A stretch of DNA of 64,000 nucleotides from Squalus acanthias (lineage: Eukaryota): NCBI GenBank assembly GCA_030390025.1, contig CM059431.1, positions 86,180,001 through 86,244,000 on the forward strand. Reading direction: 5' to 3'. This document shows, in pieces, positions 1 through 12,033 of this stretch; position 1 is the first letter of the stretch, and each line of letters opens with the position of its first letter. Position numbers and translations under genes: made by a program. Below the pieces are notes generated by a model. It saw only the letters and a list, made by a program, of their open reading frames with translations, was not told where the DNA came from and did no database searches.

Positions 1-402
1 CGGAGAATCTGCGGGCTCTCTCCCTGAGGCGTGGACCTGCCATGAGCACACCTGGTTCAGTCCTCCAGCTCCTTCTCCTTGTTCTGCTTCTGCTTGCTGA
101 GGCAGCTGCACAACCAGCAATGCTGAGAATGAGGTGCTGCAGCATCAATGAACCTCCCCTTTAAGTAGTGAAAAAAGCCTGTGGCAATGATGAGTTGTGA
201 TTAGACTGCATCTGATATTGGTCCACCCTTTAAGTCTAACGCCAATGAGCTTGGGTTTTAAGACTTGATTTAGGACGCCAATCATTTTATTGAGCAGTGA
301 GGATGAATTTTGCATGTAGTCTAAAGCATTTGCGCCTGGCGCTAATTCTCCAAATTTTCTACTGACACCACCCATTCCTTGGCAATAACATATTTCTAGC
401 CC
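1..402 (-). mobile_element. End of a PIF/Harbinger element containing the start of its Myb/SANT-like gene (continues off the left edge)
   Basis: Minus strand 43->1 reads MAGPRLRERARRFS, matching the R-x-R-A-x-R-F-S start seen in other Myb/SANT ORFs in this window; TIR-like TTTCTAGCCC ends at 402. Confidence 0.7.
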
Positions 403-867
403 TAACAGTCTCAGAGAGTATAATGCTTAGCTGGGAGCAATTACAAGATAGTAATTTCATCAAGTGATTCAGATAATGTCATAAAGTTGAGTGCCATAAA
501 GTGAAGTGTGAAATGTTTATAACAGCCATCTGCACCTGTGATAGGATCGTAGCCTTGGAATTCCTCCTGGATGTTCATTTTTTGTATTAATATGTACTGT
601 GGAGATAATTGAGGAGCTTTTGTTCCATTTTGTGTCTTACACTGGCATTGGGCATCCTAGTGGACAGTAACAGTCAGTGAGTTGCAGGTAATTGATGTGT
701 GATGACTGAATAATATGAAGGATTAACATTTGTGGCATAATCACTAAGAGTTATAATCACCAGGTATTAATACTGTTGATCAAGATTATATATGATGTAT
801 TTGGTTTCTGCCTGATGGCTTTCTTCATTGATGTGTGAATAATTCTTCCAGTATGTTTGTGACTCAC

Positions 868-927
868 AGCTTCGAGTCTTCCTCTGCTTCTGACTGTGTT
901 TCAATAGACCACTGAGGTTCAGATTTC
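868..927 (-). CDS. Candidate 60-nt internal exon of an unidentified host gene (KSEPQWSIETQSEAEEDSKL)
   Basis: Acceptor ttttaacag and donor gtgagt; open frame; phase-compatible with the candidate exon at 1159-1225. No homology recognised. Confidence 0.25.
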
Positions 928-1158
928 CTGTTAAAAGCCTGCTACTGCACAATTTCATTCCTGACTGATGAATTTGTCTGATATCTCATTTCATTGTGGA
1001 TGTGTTTTGTGGGTTACTGAGCCTGAATATATTGTTGTTTTCTTGCAGGCAACCTTGAGACTGATGCCAGTTGAAACACAGGGGTAAATGGCGCCAGCTG
1101 CTGCAGCGCTATTAGTCTTAAGCCTATTAATCTTAGCTAAAACTATTTCTGTACTTAC

Positions 1159-1225
1159 GCAACTGAAGCAATTTTAGCTATACACCGTAACACTGGGATG
1201 GTGGCATCCTCTTCAAAAGTGGAAC
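1159..1225 (-). CDS. Candidate 67-nt internal exon (GSTFEEDATIPVLRCIAKIASVA)
   Basis: Acceptor cttcacatcag and donor gtaagt; open frame, phase 1 to phase 2. No homology recognised. Confidence 0.25.
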
Positions 1226-1319
1226 CTGATGTGAAGTATCAAGTTCGCCTCATAAGTCATATATTTATATTCGGATATAACCTGCCCCAATAAACCCTCA
1301 AGGACCAATGTGGTGTTTC

Positions 1320-1720
1320 ATTGACCTCTGACTCAAAGTCTTCCCATCACCAGTTCAATTGTCCACTATCCTTTTTTTACTACTGCCACCTAGCATTCCT
1401 AATCCTGACTTTCCTTCTCCTCAGTTGCTTTAGACCCTCATCCCTATTCTCTTCACAAGTGAACCTTTTATGCATTTTGAATATCTTTTTTTGGCTAATT
1501 TATCTATGCACACCCCTATTAAGGTTTCACCTTACCTCGATCCCTCCTTTATTTTCCCTTGGAGATACACAAGGTTTCCTTATCCTTCCACACCGATTTA
1601 AAAATGACTCATTTTTTTTCTTCTGTATCACAGTTACTATTACCCAATAGTGTACATTCCCAAATTCGTCCCTCATAAGTTGAAGTGTAGCTTGCCTGAA
1701 ATAAGGTACTAACATGAAAT
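1320..1720 (-). mobile_element. Old degenerate CR1 LINE fragment (endonuclease-RT linker region)
   Basis: Decayed similarity to the linker region of the CR1 copies at 38.3-38.7 and 41.8-42.1 kb. Confidence 0.4.
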
Positions 1721-2771
1721 TATCAACAGTATTGAGACTCCACAGAAACTGAAATCTGACCATTGAATAATCATAATTACCCAGATGCTCCCCCATATGA
1801 AGGGCAGATATAGGGGTAGAAATTGGTATGCATTGCCCCCCTTTTGTGGGCATAAAACAGGTGCAAAGCATACCAATTTTGCAATGGGCTGGCCTGTGCC
1901 CAATCTGCACAGGCATTTCTCCCACTGCTAAATTCATGGGGACCATGTTTTAGGCGTCCTGGGAGGGGACCTAAAACAAGCATTAGGCTCCTTAAATATG
2001 TTAATGAGAAGCGTAACAGCCTGTTGAAGAACCCATCTACAAATTTGTTGTCGATGAGCAGGGCAGTCTTCGGGCCTGCCACACCCAGGATTCGTCAGCG
2101 GCCACTGTGATTGTCAATAAAAGGTAAGTTTTTCAAATATGAAAAACAAATTCTGTAGATTCAGGAGGAGCAGGAGTGCTCCCCTTGACGCCACAGTCCC
2201 AGCAATCGACCCCCCACCCACACCATTGCACGAAGGAACCACCTTCCTGGAACTTTTCTGAGGATCGCTGCTGATGGCACAAAATTAATTGCCTATAAAT
2301 TCCCTAACTTAGTGCCACCCATTAGCGCTAGAATAGTGGCGAAAAAAGGCGGCCGCCAGTCCAACACCCTTTTCTGGCGTGGAACTCGGTGACCGCCATT
2401 TTGGTGAGGGCCTTAGCTGGCCCTGGAAATGTGAATGAAGAGAACGTAACGTCAGTTGGTGTGCAACGCCGACTTAACGTCATTCTCTGTGTACTTCAAC
2501 CTCAGCGCTGAGTTTATTGCTGGGTCCTAAGCTTGCTCTGAAAACCGAGCATTCAGCAGACTGACAGAGACACTGTCAGCACTTCATAAAGGGACACACA
2601 CATCTTTCAGGTAAGTTCCCATTTAAGCTTTTGGACTGGATTTTTTTTATTTTATTGAAGTATTGCCTTGGTGCAATACATGTTAAAAAGTTTTTAAGCA
2701 TGCAGGGAGAGCAAGGAGTGCTGTTGGATGCTTGCAAGGCCTCAGATGGTAAAGGAAGGCCTCTGAGAAGA

Positions 2772-2911
2772 CAGAAAATGCTGGAATTACTCAGCGGGTC
2801 AGGCAGCATCTGTGGAGAGATAAGCAGAGTTCATGTCTCAGGTTGAGATGCTGCCTGACCTGCTGAGTATTTCTAGTACTTTCTGCTTTTATTTCAGATT
2901 TCCAGCATCCG
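2772..2911. repeat. Penelope-like short repeat with inverted partial copy (fold-back)
   Basis: About 40-bp inverted arms at 2772-2811 and 2846-2885; same family as the copies at 25111-25225 and 25589-25682. Confidence 0.7.
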
Positions 2912-3279
2912 TTCGCAGAGGGAAAAGGAAGATGCAGAAGAGGAAGAAGCAGAAGAGGAGGAAGCAGAAGAGGAGGAAACAGAAGGAAGGATGCAACCCT
3001 AACAGCCCCTTTCTGGTGGGATATCTGGGATGGAATCATCCACCTGTGGTACAAGTGAGCACAACCCCAATTCCTCTTTCAACATTTGTCCCACACCTTC
3101 CCTTCCCTCTGATACTGACCATCGCAGCATCCTCTTGGCCATAATGCTGAAATAAAAGCCACTACAAAGCAAACCTTCCAATCCAACTTTATACATCTAT
3201 CCATCCAATATAGCATCACAAAATCAACTCATCACCCGTATGCATTCTCTTAGTGACTGTCTTATGTGTTCCTTTGCCT

Positions 3280-4004
3280 ATCCCACTGATGTCACACAGT
3301 GCTACCCCAGTGGCTACAGCAAGGCTGGTGGAAGGCTGCTGACTTTCAGTGGGGGACACTGCAAATGGCCTTGCTGGTCGACCTTGAGGAGCTGGTGGCT
3401 GGGAGTGTGAAATCGAGTGACGTTGTTTCTTCTTCTTGCTTCTTCTCCTTCTTCTTCTTCATCTTCACTCTCCTCTCCCTCTTCTTGGTCAACCACTGGC
3501 TGGGCAGACTGCATTTCTTGGCTGTGTGAAATGAGGAAGGCACAAGTGTGGAGTTGTGGTGAGGGGAAGCCGGGGAAAGCAAGAAGTGCATGCGAGAAGG
3601 AGGATAAATTATGAGGATACTCACATCTTGTATCCTTTCAGCCCCACTGCTGGACAAGGGCTCAGCCATGTCACTGCCAAGAATGGCCAGCACTGTCTCC
3701 TCCAAAGGGGTGAGGTGAGGCTAGGAATGGGAGTTGTACCTCATGATTGATACAGATAGTTGGTAGGTGAGTGGGGGGTGAGGCTAGTGGTGCAATTGGT
3801 AGGTTACGGCTTTTGAAGATGTAGTGGTCTGAGGTCATGAAGCTTCTTTGTGCACTTGAGCCAGATCATGGGGGTGACACAGCTGGCAGTGACGGCCTCA
3901 GCGATCTGGTCCCACATCGTTCTTTCTGGAGGGCCTCCTGGCCCCTCAGGGTAGAGGACCTCTCTTCCAGTGTTGACCCCATTAACAAAGCTGGAGTGCA
4001 GCAT
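3280..4004 (-). pseudogene. Decayed Harbinger Myb/SANT-like DNA-binding protein gene
   Basis: WDQIAEAV...WLKCTKKLHDL (ORF 3804-4004), MEETVLAILG (about 3705) and C-terminal QQPSTSLAVATG (about 3300-3340). Confidence 0.75.
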
Positions 4005-5357
4005 GCAAGACCGTGGGTGCCCCTTCCCTGGCTTGCTAAGCCGTTTGTGTTAGTGCTGAAGCACTTTTCCCATTTTTTGAGGCTCGGAAGGCAATTCACT
4101 TTAAGAGCTGAAGGCTCCCATTTGGGAATTCTTTATAATGTTAATTTTTTTTTCAGAAGGCAGTTGAGCTGTAAGGGCTAAAAACTGCCATGTTTACATG
4201 AATTTTATTTTTTTCATTTCACAAGGCAGTTCCCCTTTAAGAGACCGAAATGCTTTCTGAAATGACAGCCTCGCTTTAACAAAAGTCTGTTCTTGCTGCA
4301 ATGAAGCTACGGCCATGGTACATTGGGGTCTCCTGCCGGGTGAACGCCACCAGAATGGCGTTGCATTGTAAGTTTAGCGCTGGCAGGTTTTTTACCGCTA
4401 TTGAATTTTTAGCCCAATTTCTCTCATGGGGCAAGCTGGCTGTGGAGTCCTACCGGTGCCAGCAGCTCTCCCCAAAGATGGAGATGAGTCACAAAGCTCA
4501 ATTTCAGGACGGCCTCGGTTTCTCTGTTCGGGCGTGCTCTGCTAGCACAGCGCCTAGTCTGAACCCATAAAACGGGCCCAGACTAATTTCTACCCCATGC
4601 TCACCAGATCACTAATAAATGCTAAGTCTAGTAAATTGTCCCCCTTCCCCTGTACGCAGTACACTCTCTAACATGTTAAATAAGGTAGCAATCAGTAACA
4701 GAATATCAGTAAAGATCTACCAGTTTCTAAATGAGGTAGAATGGTGTCTATTAAGATGCGCCATTGTTATTTGTTTGCTGGATTTTCAATGTTTGCTTAG
4801 TTTATTGAGCTATTCTTCACATTAACATTTGTGACTCCAAATAAGAAATAACCTGATCAAAGTATCAAGCTCCCAACAACCAATCACTTCATTCCCATTA
4901 TTTCCCGAATGGAGAATTTCTAATGCAAGAAAAATGGTTCAGCACTAAGGCCTTGATGTTCCATTTGCAATGCTAAAGGTGAACCATTTAAATTAAATGG
5001 GTTACTGTTGGTATAATGCAGGCCAAAATCCAATTCAATTATTAAATAGTCATCAACGATCCAGTTCTTATTGCAAAGGTAACAAAATATGATGAATTTT
5101 ACCAGTAGTGGAGTGCAATGGATGCATGACAGGTTGGGTTCTGCTTTGAAAGCAGTGATGGGTGCTGATTATTGCATGGAAAAGAATGACATCAACTACC
5201 AACACACAGGAAATTGTATGTAAACTTGGGCAGTCAATGACATCTGGAGTGTTGGCATTTGACTTACATACAGGTCATAGATATTCTGGGTGTAAAATGG
5301 GGGTAATTTTATCTGCAAGTAGTTATATACTAGAAGCAACAGTGCCAGTGACTAATA

Positions 5358-5721
5358 CAGGAAACTCTTTATTAACCGGCACCGACGGGACCGGCGTGGT
5401 GCCGGTTAATCAAAAAGTCCGGATAATGGAGAGTTATATCTCCCAACATACGAGAGCCCCGTACACACTGACATGCGCCTGCATTCGGAGCTCCATCTCC
5501 CCGGGGACCGCCAGCTGACCATCTGTCGTGTCCGCTGCCTACCCGGGCTGCACATTCCCCTCCCAATCTACACGCTCCGATACAAGGCAAACGCCTCGGG
5601 GTTTTTTTCAAAGTTATTTTTAAAGGAGAGATGAAGGAAAACCCCGGTTACCTACTCAAGAATTTTGCCGGTTAAGAGAGATTTCCGGTTATTTGGGTGC
5701 CGGTTAAAAGAGAGTTTCCTG
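5358..5721. mobile_element. Tc1/mariner (pogo/Tigger-like) MITE
   Basis: About 26-bp TIRs CAGGAAACTCTTTATTAACCGGCACC and GGTGCCGGTTAAAAGAGAGTTTCCTG, flanked by TA on both sides; subterminal CCGGTTAA repeats. Confidence 0.88.
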
Positions 5722-6085
5722 TACAATCAAGGGTGGAGGAGCAGTAATACTGGTAAACAATGTACCGCACAAACATACATATCAGACAGTGAGAGAAACG
5801 GTGAGATTTGATTCTGGAAGGGGGATGGTATGAAACAGTGAGGTGACAGATTCCAGACAAACAAAATCTCCTACACATACAAGTAGTATGACATTTACAT
5901 ATAATAATTTATAGCATAATTTGATTATAGATGGATGTATTTACACAGTTATATATTTCTAGTTAGAGAGCATATTAAATATATATCTTTCCAATTAGAT
6001 CCAATTTGATCTGTATTCTGTAAGCTTTGGATATTCACATATTTATTTCTGGTTATAGTGTAATATGGAGCAATTGAGATTGTTT

Positions 6086-6448
6086 ACACTAGGGATCAGC
6101 CTCTTCGCCGCACTGATCTATATAAGTGGAGAGCGTGTGACTTGTCTATGGGCCACAGCTGGTGAGGCAACAGCCTGAAATTCATCCTCTGGAATGGGTG
6201 GCCTGCCTCAGGAGGCACGACAGGTGCTGGCAGCTCACCCAATTGATTGAAATGAGGCCTGAGGTCCAATTTCTGGTGAGCCTTGGGTCTTCCAGTTGGG
6301 GCATGTATTTTCTGCGTGTCATTGATCATTTGTCTGAAAACAGGCCATAACCAATTTCTACCTTTCTCCTTTCCTGGCTGAAAAGCCCAAACCTCTCCGC
6401 CCTTTCCCCATAACTTAGATCGATGACACTAGGGATCAGCCTCTTCGC
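6086..6448. repeat. 23-bp perfect direct repeat ACACTAGGGATCAGCCTCTTCGC
   Basis: Copies at 6086-6108 and 6426-6448. Confidence 0.85.
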
Positions 6449-6469
6449 TATACTGCCTGTGTTGTACAG

Positions 6470-6624
6470 TAGCCATGATGTGGAGATGCCGGTGTTGGAC
6501 TGGGGTGGACAAATGTGAGAAGTCGCACAACACCAGGTTATAGTCCAACAGTTTTATTTGAAATCACAAGCTTTCGGAGCGCTGCTCCTTCGTCACCTGG
6601 TGTTGTGCGACTTCTCACATTTGT
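6470..6624 (-). mobile_element. Penelope-like pseudo-LTR derivative with hammerhead-ribozyme remnant
   Basis: 30-bp perfect inverted repeat (6509-6538 and 6595-6624); minus strand reads TGACGA-AGGAGC-AGC-GCTCC-GAAAGCTT; 12-bp near-perfect TSD TGTGTTG/ATACAG (6458-6469 and 6622-6633). Confidence 0.75.
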
Positions 6625-6774
6625 GTTATACAGGTTTGACTATGTAGTTCAACATTCTATCAATTTTGTTGGTTGCTGCTCTGCATTGGTTGGACAATAG
6701 CTAAGATTGAGCCTACTAAAACTCCGAGGTCCTTTTTGAACTTCACCCTTAGTTATTTCATCACTATTCATGGA

Positions 6775-7226
6775 GAACAGCCCTGTCCATCCATCACCCC
6801 TGTGCTCATTAACCTACATTGGCTCCTGGTCCACCAACACCTCCATTTTAAAATTTTCATCCTTGTTTTCAAATCCCTCCATCACCTTGCCCCTCCCTAT
6901 CTCTGTAATCTCCTCCAGCCTTACAACCCTCCAAGAAATCTGTGATCCGCTAACTCTGGCCTCTTGTGGATTATCGACTTCCTTCGCCCCACCATTGGCA
7001 GCCGTGCCTTCAGCTGTCTAGACAGTAAGCCCTGGAATTTCCTGCTCAAATCTCTTTGCCTCTCCACCTCTCCTCCTTTAAGAGGCTGCTTAAAACCTAC
7101 CACTTTGAACAATAATTTGATTACCAGTCTCCTTCTTTTGCTCAGTGTCAATTTTTGTTTATAAACATCCATTGGAATATTTTACCAAGTTAAAGGCGCT
7201 ATACAATTGCAAGTTGTTGTTGTTGT
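6775..7226 (+). mobile_element. L2-clade LINE 3' fragment
   Basis: ITPVLINLHWL...FKIFILVFKSLHHLAPPYL (L2 ORF2 C-terminal motif), ending AAAGGCGCTATACAATTGCAAGTTG(TTG)n. Confidence 0.85.
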
Positions 7227-7532
7227 ACATGTGTTGCTTATTTTTCCTCCTCGTTACAGTACTTTACACTTGTCCACATTTTCTGCTCGTTTCATGTTGA
7301 GGGTTTGTTTAGATTGAGTTACTGAATAAATAATTCAATGAGTCTGGGCAAAGATTCACAAGTAGACTTATTTTTATCTGTACTTCATAAAAATCCTGAT
7401 CCAAGTATAACATATCTCATCCAAGTAATTAGGTGTTCATCAGGATTCAGTTAAACCCTAGCTGTTTTTAAACCGAAAACAAACAAGCTGAAACATGAAC
7501 GAACTTAACAGCATCTTTGAACAAATCATAAC

Positions 7533-9069
7533 GGCCCAGATTTTGCTGTCAAAATAACAGTGAGGCTAATAGTGCTCGCTGTTATTTATGATCAAATGGT
7601 ACAGCAACTTCAGGTAAGATGCAGATGCACGGTTAAACATGGATATCCAAAGGTTGCTGTCTGAGTTGCTTTGCAAAAACGGCATCTTGCTGTCTGCCTC
7701 ACCATTGAAATACATTGAATGCTGTGAAGTTGGTATATTTGTGCGGTAGATACGAATGAATAATGCCACAGAAAGTTAAGTCAAGTAATTTCAAGTCTAA
7801 GTACCGTTTAAATGATGTGATAAATGTAAATTACTGTAAATCAACCTCTTTGGCACTTAAAATTAACTATTACAAGTGTGGAGTCTCATTCCTTCAGCTT
7901 TTAATTGTTGTTGGAGATATTAAAAATGTAAAATTTTACATTTTAAAAATAATGGCCGAGAAATTCCGTTCCCTACGGGTGGGTACGTGCTGTGTACTCA
8001 CCCGTAGGGCCAACGGAAATGCCAGTTTTATGCATGCACTGCGCATGCACTGGAAACCGGCACTTCAGTTCTCTGCAGAAAGGGCTTGACTGGACAAATG
8101 CCTGCGCTGGATCGGCAGCCCTTATGTTAAAAACTTCCGTTTTTTTTCACACTGGCTTGAGTCCAGGTAAGTCGGGAACAGCTGCATATAGAAAAGCAGG
8201 CGCAAGGCCTGCTTTTAGCAGGCTAATAGTTTAATAAAGTAAACACAAAATTTTTTCCACTGATTTATCATTTTAAAATACTTTAAAGAAAGGTAAGTTT
8301 ATTTTTAGCCCCATTAAAAACTTTAATTATTTTTTTCAAAAATTTAAATTTTTGTTTAAAATAGTTAATTTATGTAATTTATAGTCATTTTAAAAATGTG
8401 ATGTGTTTTTTTTAATTTTTTTGAAGTTTTACTTATGTTTTGGCGCTCATCTCTATTTATAGATTTGACAGGTCTTCCTGTCAAATCTATGAATGGAGAT
8501 TCCCTGCTCTGATTGGCTCCCCCTGGCCCACGTGATCCCAGGGATGCTGCGAACTAGCTGCACCCCTGGGATACGCGTGCCCTGCACACCGGCAGATTGA
8601 AGAGGCACAGCAACGGAAGTGTGCGCATCCCGGGAGCCCTCCGGTCCAAGCGGGGATTTTTCCGAATCGCAGCCCTCCGCCCGCGGGAGGGCTGCGAATG
8701 GAATTTCTGGGTCAATACTTTTCCTTTCTGTCTTTTTTTTCCTCTTTCTTAATCCAATCTTTCTTTCACTCTTTTTATTTCTTTTCCTGTACCTGATTTG
8801 ACATTGAATTAACCCACTCTAATTTACACTTCCTTGATCAGACCTTGAGCTGTCCATTTCACAATCCTTCAATCTGATTGGTTAAGGAGATACACAGTTG
8901 CTTGCCCTGTTCACTCAGCTGCCAGATGTCTTGTTTCCCTCTCTGCACCATTATCAGCTCGCACTTTTAGCAACTTGCCATGCAAAAAATTTAAAAACCT
9001 AAATCTGCAAGGGCAAGTCAAACTAACGGTAGATGCCATTAGATGCACTGCTATAGCAAGTTATGGCCC
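7533..9069. mobile_element. Harbinger-type MITE (family A), split by the MITE at 7954-8713
   Basis: Imperfect TIRs GGCCCAGATTTTGCTGT and ATAGCAAGTTATGGCCC; both halves match the uninterrupted inverted copy at 58553-59261. Confidence 0.75.
7954..8713. mobile_element. Harbinger-type MITE (family B)
   Basis: TIRs GGCCGAGAAATTCC and GGAATTTCTGGGTC; AAT TSD; similar to 10377-11116 and 12121-12876. Confidence 0.88.
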
Positions 9070-9134
9070 GACAATAACTTTTCAACCACAACTATATTAG
9101 ACTTAGTTTGAGAACAGTAAAAGGATAGAAACTA

Positions 9135-9844
9135 GGGGCTAGAAATTGTGTAGCACCCCATTTGGGGGGATACACAATTGAATCCGATGCGAACTTCCGG
9201 TTTGGCGCTCCAGGAGGGAAGTGGAGCGCTAAATCAAGCGCTACCACTTCCCTTGGAGCGCTAAATGGAGCAAGAGGGGTGGTAGCGGCAGAGCGCTGCG
9301 CAATGTCCCAAGCAGCGCTGCTGGATTCACAGGCTCCTTCCCTCCCTTAAAGGAAAGGGCCAATGCTGAGGTCATTTCAAGGTAAGGCTGGGAATGGTCG
9401 GCGATGGCACCTGTGATCCGCAAAGAGCAGCCCCAAGCACTGTAAGAGAGTGCAAGGCTGATTGTTCATGGGATGGAAAAAATTCAAAAAACAGCACACT
9501 GGGGTAATAATAAAATTTTGGCCTACCTGACCACCACTGCCTATAATTACCTCTCCCCAAGCGGCCATCTGCGGTGACAACACCTCCTGCAGCTGCTGTT
9601 GATGCCCATCGATGCTGCAGGGGGCAGAAGCAAATTTCAGATCTGGGGCGATAATGGGGCACTGTGCACCGGATGACGTCACGATCACTGGGGCGCTAGG
9701 GACCAAGGCACCACCGCAAAAGTGGCAGGGAATTTCACGGGCACGTTCAATTCACCACGCCAGGTCTCAAACCCATTTGCGCCCCATTATCACCTCCCCA
9801 GAGGCGCTAACGGGAGGCACAAAGGAGGCCAAAATTTCTCCCTC
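9135..9844. mobile_element. Harbinger-type MITE (family C, AGCGCC-rich)
   Basis: Ends GGGGCTAGAAATT and AATTTCTCCCTC; CTA (or TAG) duplication; subterminal GGCGCTAACGGGAGGC shared with the 32.4, 40.5 and 57 kb elements. Confidence 0.8.
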
Positions 9845-9877
9845 CTAGTGTGTATGTGTGTGTGCATAGTGTGTGTG

Positions 9878-12033
9878 TGCAAAGGAATGAGCCAAACCTA
9901 TTCAGAAAAATACACCATCCTATGAACAGAATTCTGATTTTATTAATACATAACATACTGGGTTTAAAAATCTAAAAAGCCTCAACGACACAGGCTGCAA
10001 ACACAATGCAGGCTTTTGAGATAAGAACAATTGATAACAAAAGCTGTAAACACCACACAAACTTTTGAAATGGGAAATGGTTATTGACACTAACACAATG
10101 GCCTATTGAAAAAGCAAAGGCTTGCTTCCAGGATGTCTATAGTTTGGAACCAAAACAATAGCAATGCCCACGTAAAGTGTTAAAAGCTAACACGTCGAAC
10201 AGAAACACAGAACATTAAAAAACCATGTGTCTTTGTAAAAGTAACATCAAATGAAACAGGAAACACGAATATATATATAATCAACTAAGATGGCTAGGAA
10301 AACGAACACCCTAGATGAAGTGTTTTTGATTTACAAGTTGTAAAAGGTACAAATAGGAAGGCTTTGAAGATATAAGGGCCCAAAAATTCGTGAGGAAGCC
10401 TTCGTGCGAGGGTAAGGCCTCCCCGCGATCTCTCACTGCACGTTGGCTTTTTCAGTTCCAGCTCGCACAAACTTGATGTTCTGGACAGCTGCTGTGCTGG
10501 GCTTGCGTATCCCACCGGCGTAGTTAATTTGTGCGAGCTGTGGGATCACGTGACTCAGTTAGAGCCAATGGCAGCACACCATCTTCCATCCATAACTTTC
10601 ACATAAGTGCTGTGAAAGCTATGAATACTATAGCCCCCCAAAAGAACCGCTAAACCTCAATTAAATTAAAAAAAACCATCACATTAATAAAATAAGTATA
10701 GTTAAATAAATTAACCATTTTAAATAAAAAATTAAATTTTTGAAAAAATTTAAAATCTTTTAAAAAGTTATAAAAATAAACTTACCTGTCTTTAAAGTCT
10801 CTAAAAAAGATATACCTGTTAAAAAAAATTCAAATAATACTTAATTCACTACTTACCTTGTTAAAAGTGGGTCTTACTCCTCCTTTTTTTATGTGTAGAA
10901 TCTTCCGTACTTACCTGCGCGTTGAGACCACTAAGTGCACTGCATGCGCGCAGCCTGTAGCGCGCACGCGGTTCACCTAGGACCCGCCCCCTTTTCCATT
11001 CACCAAGTGCCGGTTTTCAGCGCATGCGCAGTGCATGCAGAAAACCGGCAATTGGAGACAGAATATGCGAGAGTACACAGTGCGTACTCTCGCGTAGCGG
11101 CACTAATTTTTGGGCCAATATCAATAGATGACACCAAGCAATCACATTGTGTTTGTATTGAAATTGGAACGGTTGGGAGACGCGAGGTCTGGAATGCAAG
11201 CAGCTAAAGTGATTTAACAATTCAATGGAAAACCTTCCTAAGAATGGCATCAAATAGATAAATCTGTTATATCATATTTTATGATAAGATATGAACACCT
11301 AAAGGTAGAGACAGAATTCAAAAAGTTGGCAGCTGAAATGACAGTAAGAATAGAAAAGAATTCAATAGAGAATGACTAGAGATAATTAGCTTACATCAGC
11401 AGAAAACTTCAAAGAATAAACCACTAAAAAAAGGTATAAAAATAGAGCTTTTCAGATCGAGAGTCAGAAGTCACTGGAAGGGCAAGCGTTTCTCAACTTC
11501 ACAGGCACGCTCTGTAAGTTTTTAACTCTGAGTCTCGGGTAATCAAGGTATTTGATTTTGGTGGATATTCTGGATTAAGAAATAAGTAGAAGGGTGGAAA
11601 TGTAAAAATGTAAGCTATTTGTATTTTGAATGGTTAAAGTTGCGATTGCCATACCAGCTGTTAACTAAATGTTGGTTCTTTAATAAATCTATATATTTTT
11701 AAAATTATCTCACAGAGTATTTCTGTATCAATCTCATGAACTCAATTTCTGTACATTCTTTTGAGAGGAGTTGCAGAATTCTGGGGGGTTTTCCGGACCC
11801 TCATAATATCCGGAAGGTTACAGTCTAGTTAAACTTGTTAAAAGTGCTATCCGGAGGACAGTAACATCTTCAGGCCATTCCTTTCCTTTAGGGAGAGATA
11901 GTCTGAACCTTTAGACCCAATTAAGTATCTCTGGGATTCGGCTACCACTAACTTTAGTTGAAGGTGAACATCTGGGGAATACGCCTGATCTGGGGTAGCC
12001 CGAAAAGGGCTAGGACTTGTAATTATCCCTTCA
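9878..12033 (+). mobile_element. Probable solo LTR (about 1.4 kb excluding the inserted MITE) of an ERV or Gypsy element
   Basis: TG...CA termini with loose inverted ends (TGCAAAGGAAT and ATTATCCCTTCA), TGTG flanks within a TG-rich tract, TATAAAA at 11435 and AATAAA at 11682 in U3-R-U5 order. Confidence 0.6.
10377..11116. mobile_element. Harbinger-type MITE (family B), inverted relative to 12121-12876
   Basis: TIRs GGCCCAAAAATT and AATTTTTGGGCC; flanks AAG/AAT. Confidence 0.88.

Larger units (their letters stand above)
1813..4596. mobile_element. Internally deleted PIF/Harbinger element (possibly composite)
   Basis: 12-bp TIRs GGGGTAGAAATT (1813) and AATTTCTACCCC (4596); flanks ATA/ATG; contains Myb/SANT remnants on the minus strand and an acidic transposase-like tail on the plus strand (about 2915-3040). 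Confidence 0.75.

Noticed and set aside
1049-1083. Plus-strand micro-exon with a good acceptor
   Set aside because: No partner exons or recognisable peptide; splice-like signals are frequent by chance.
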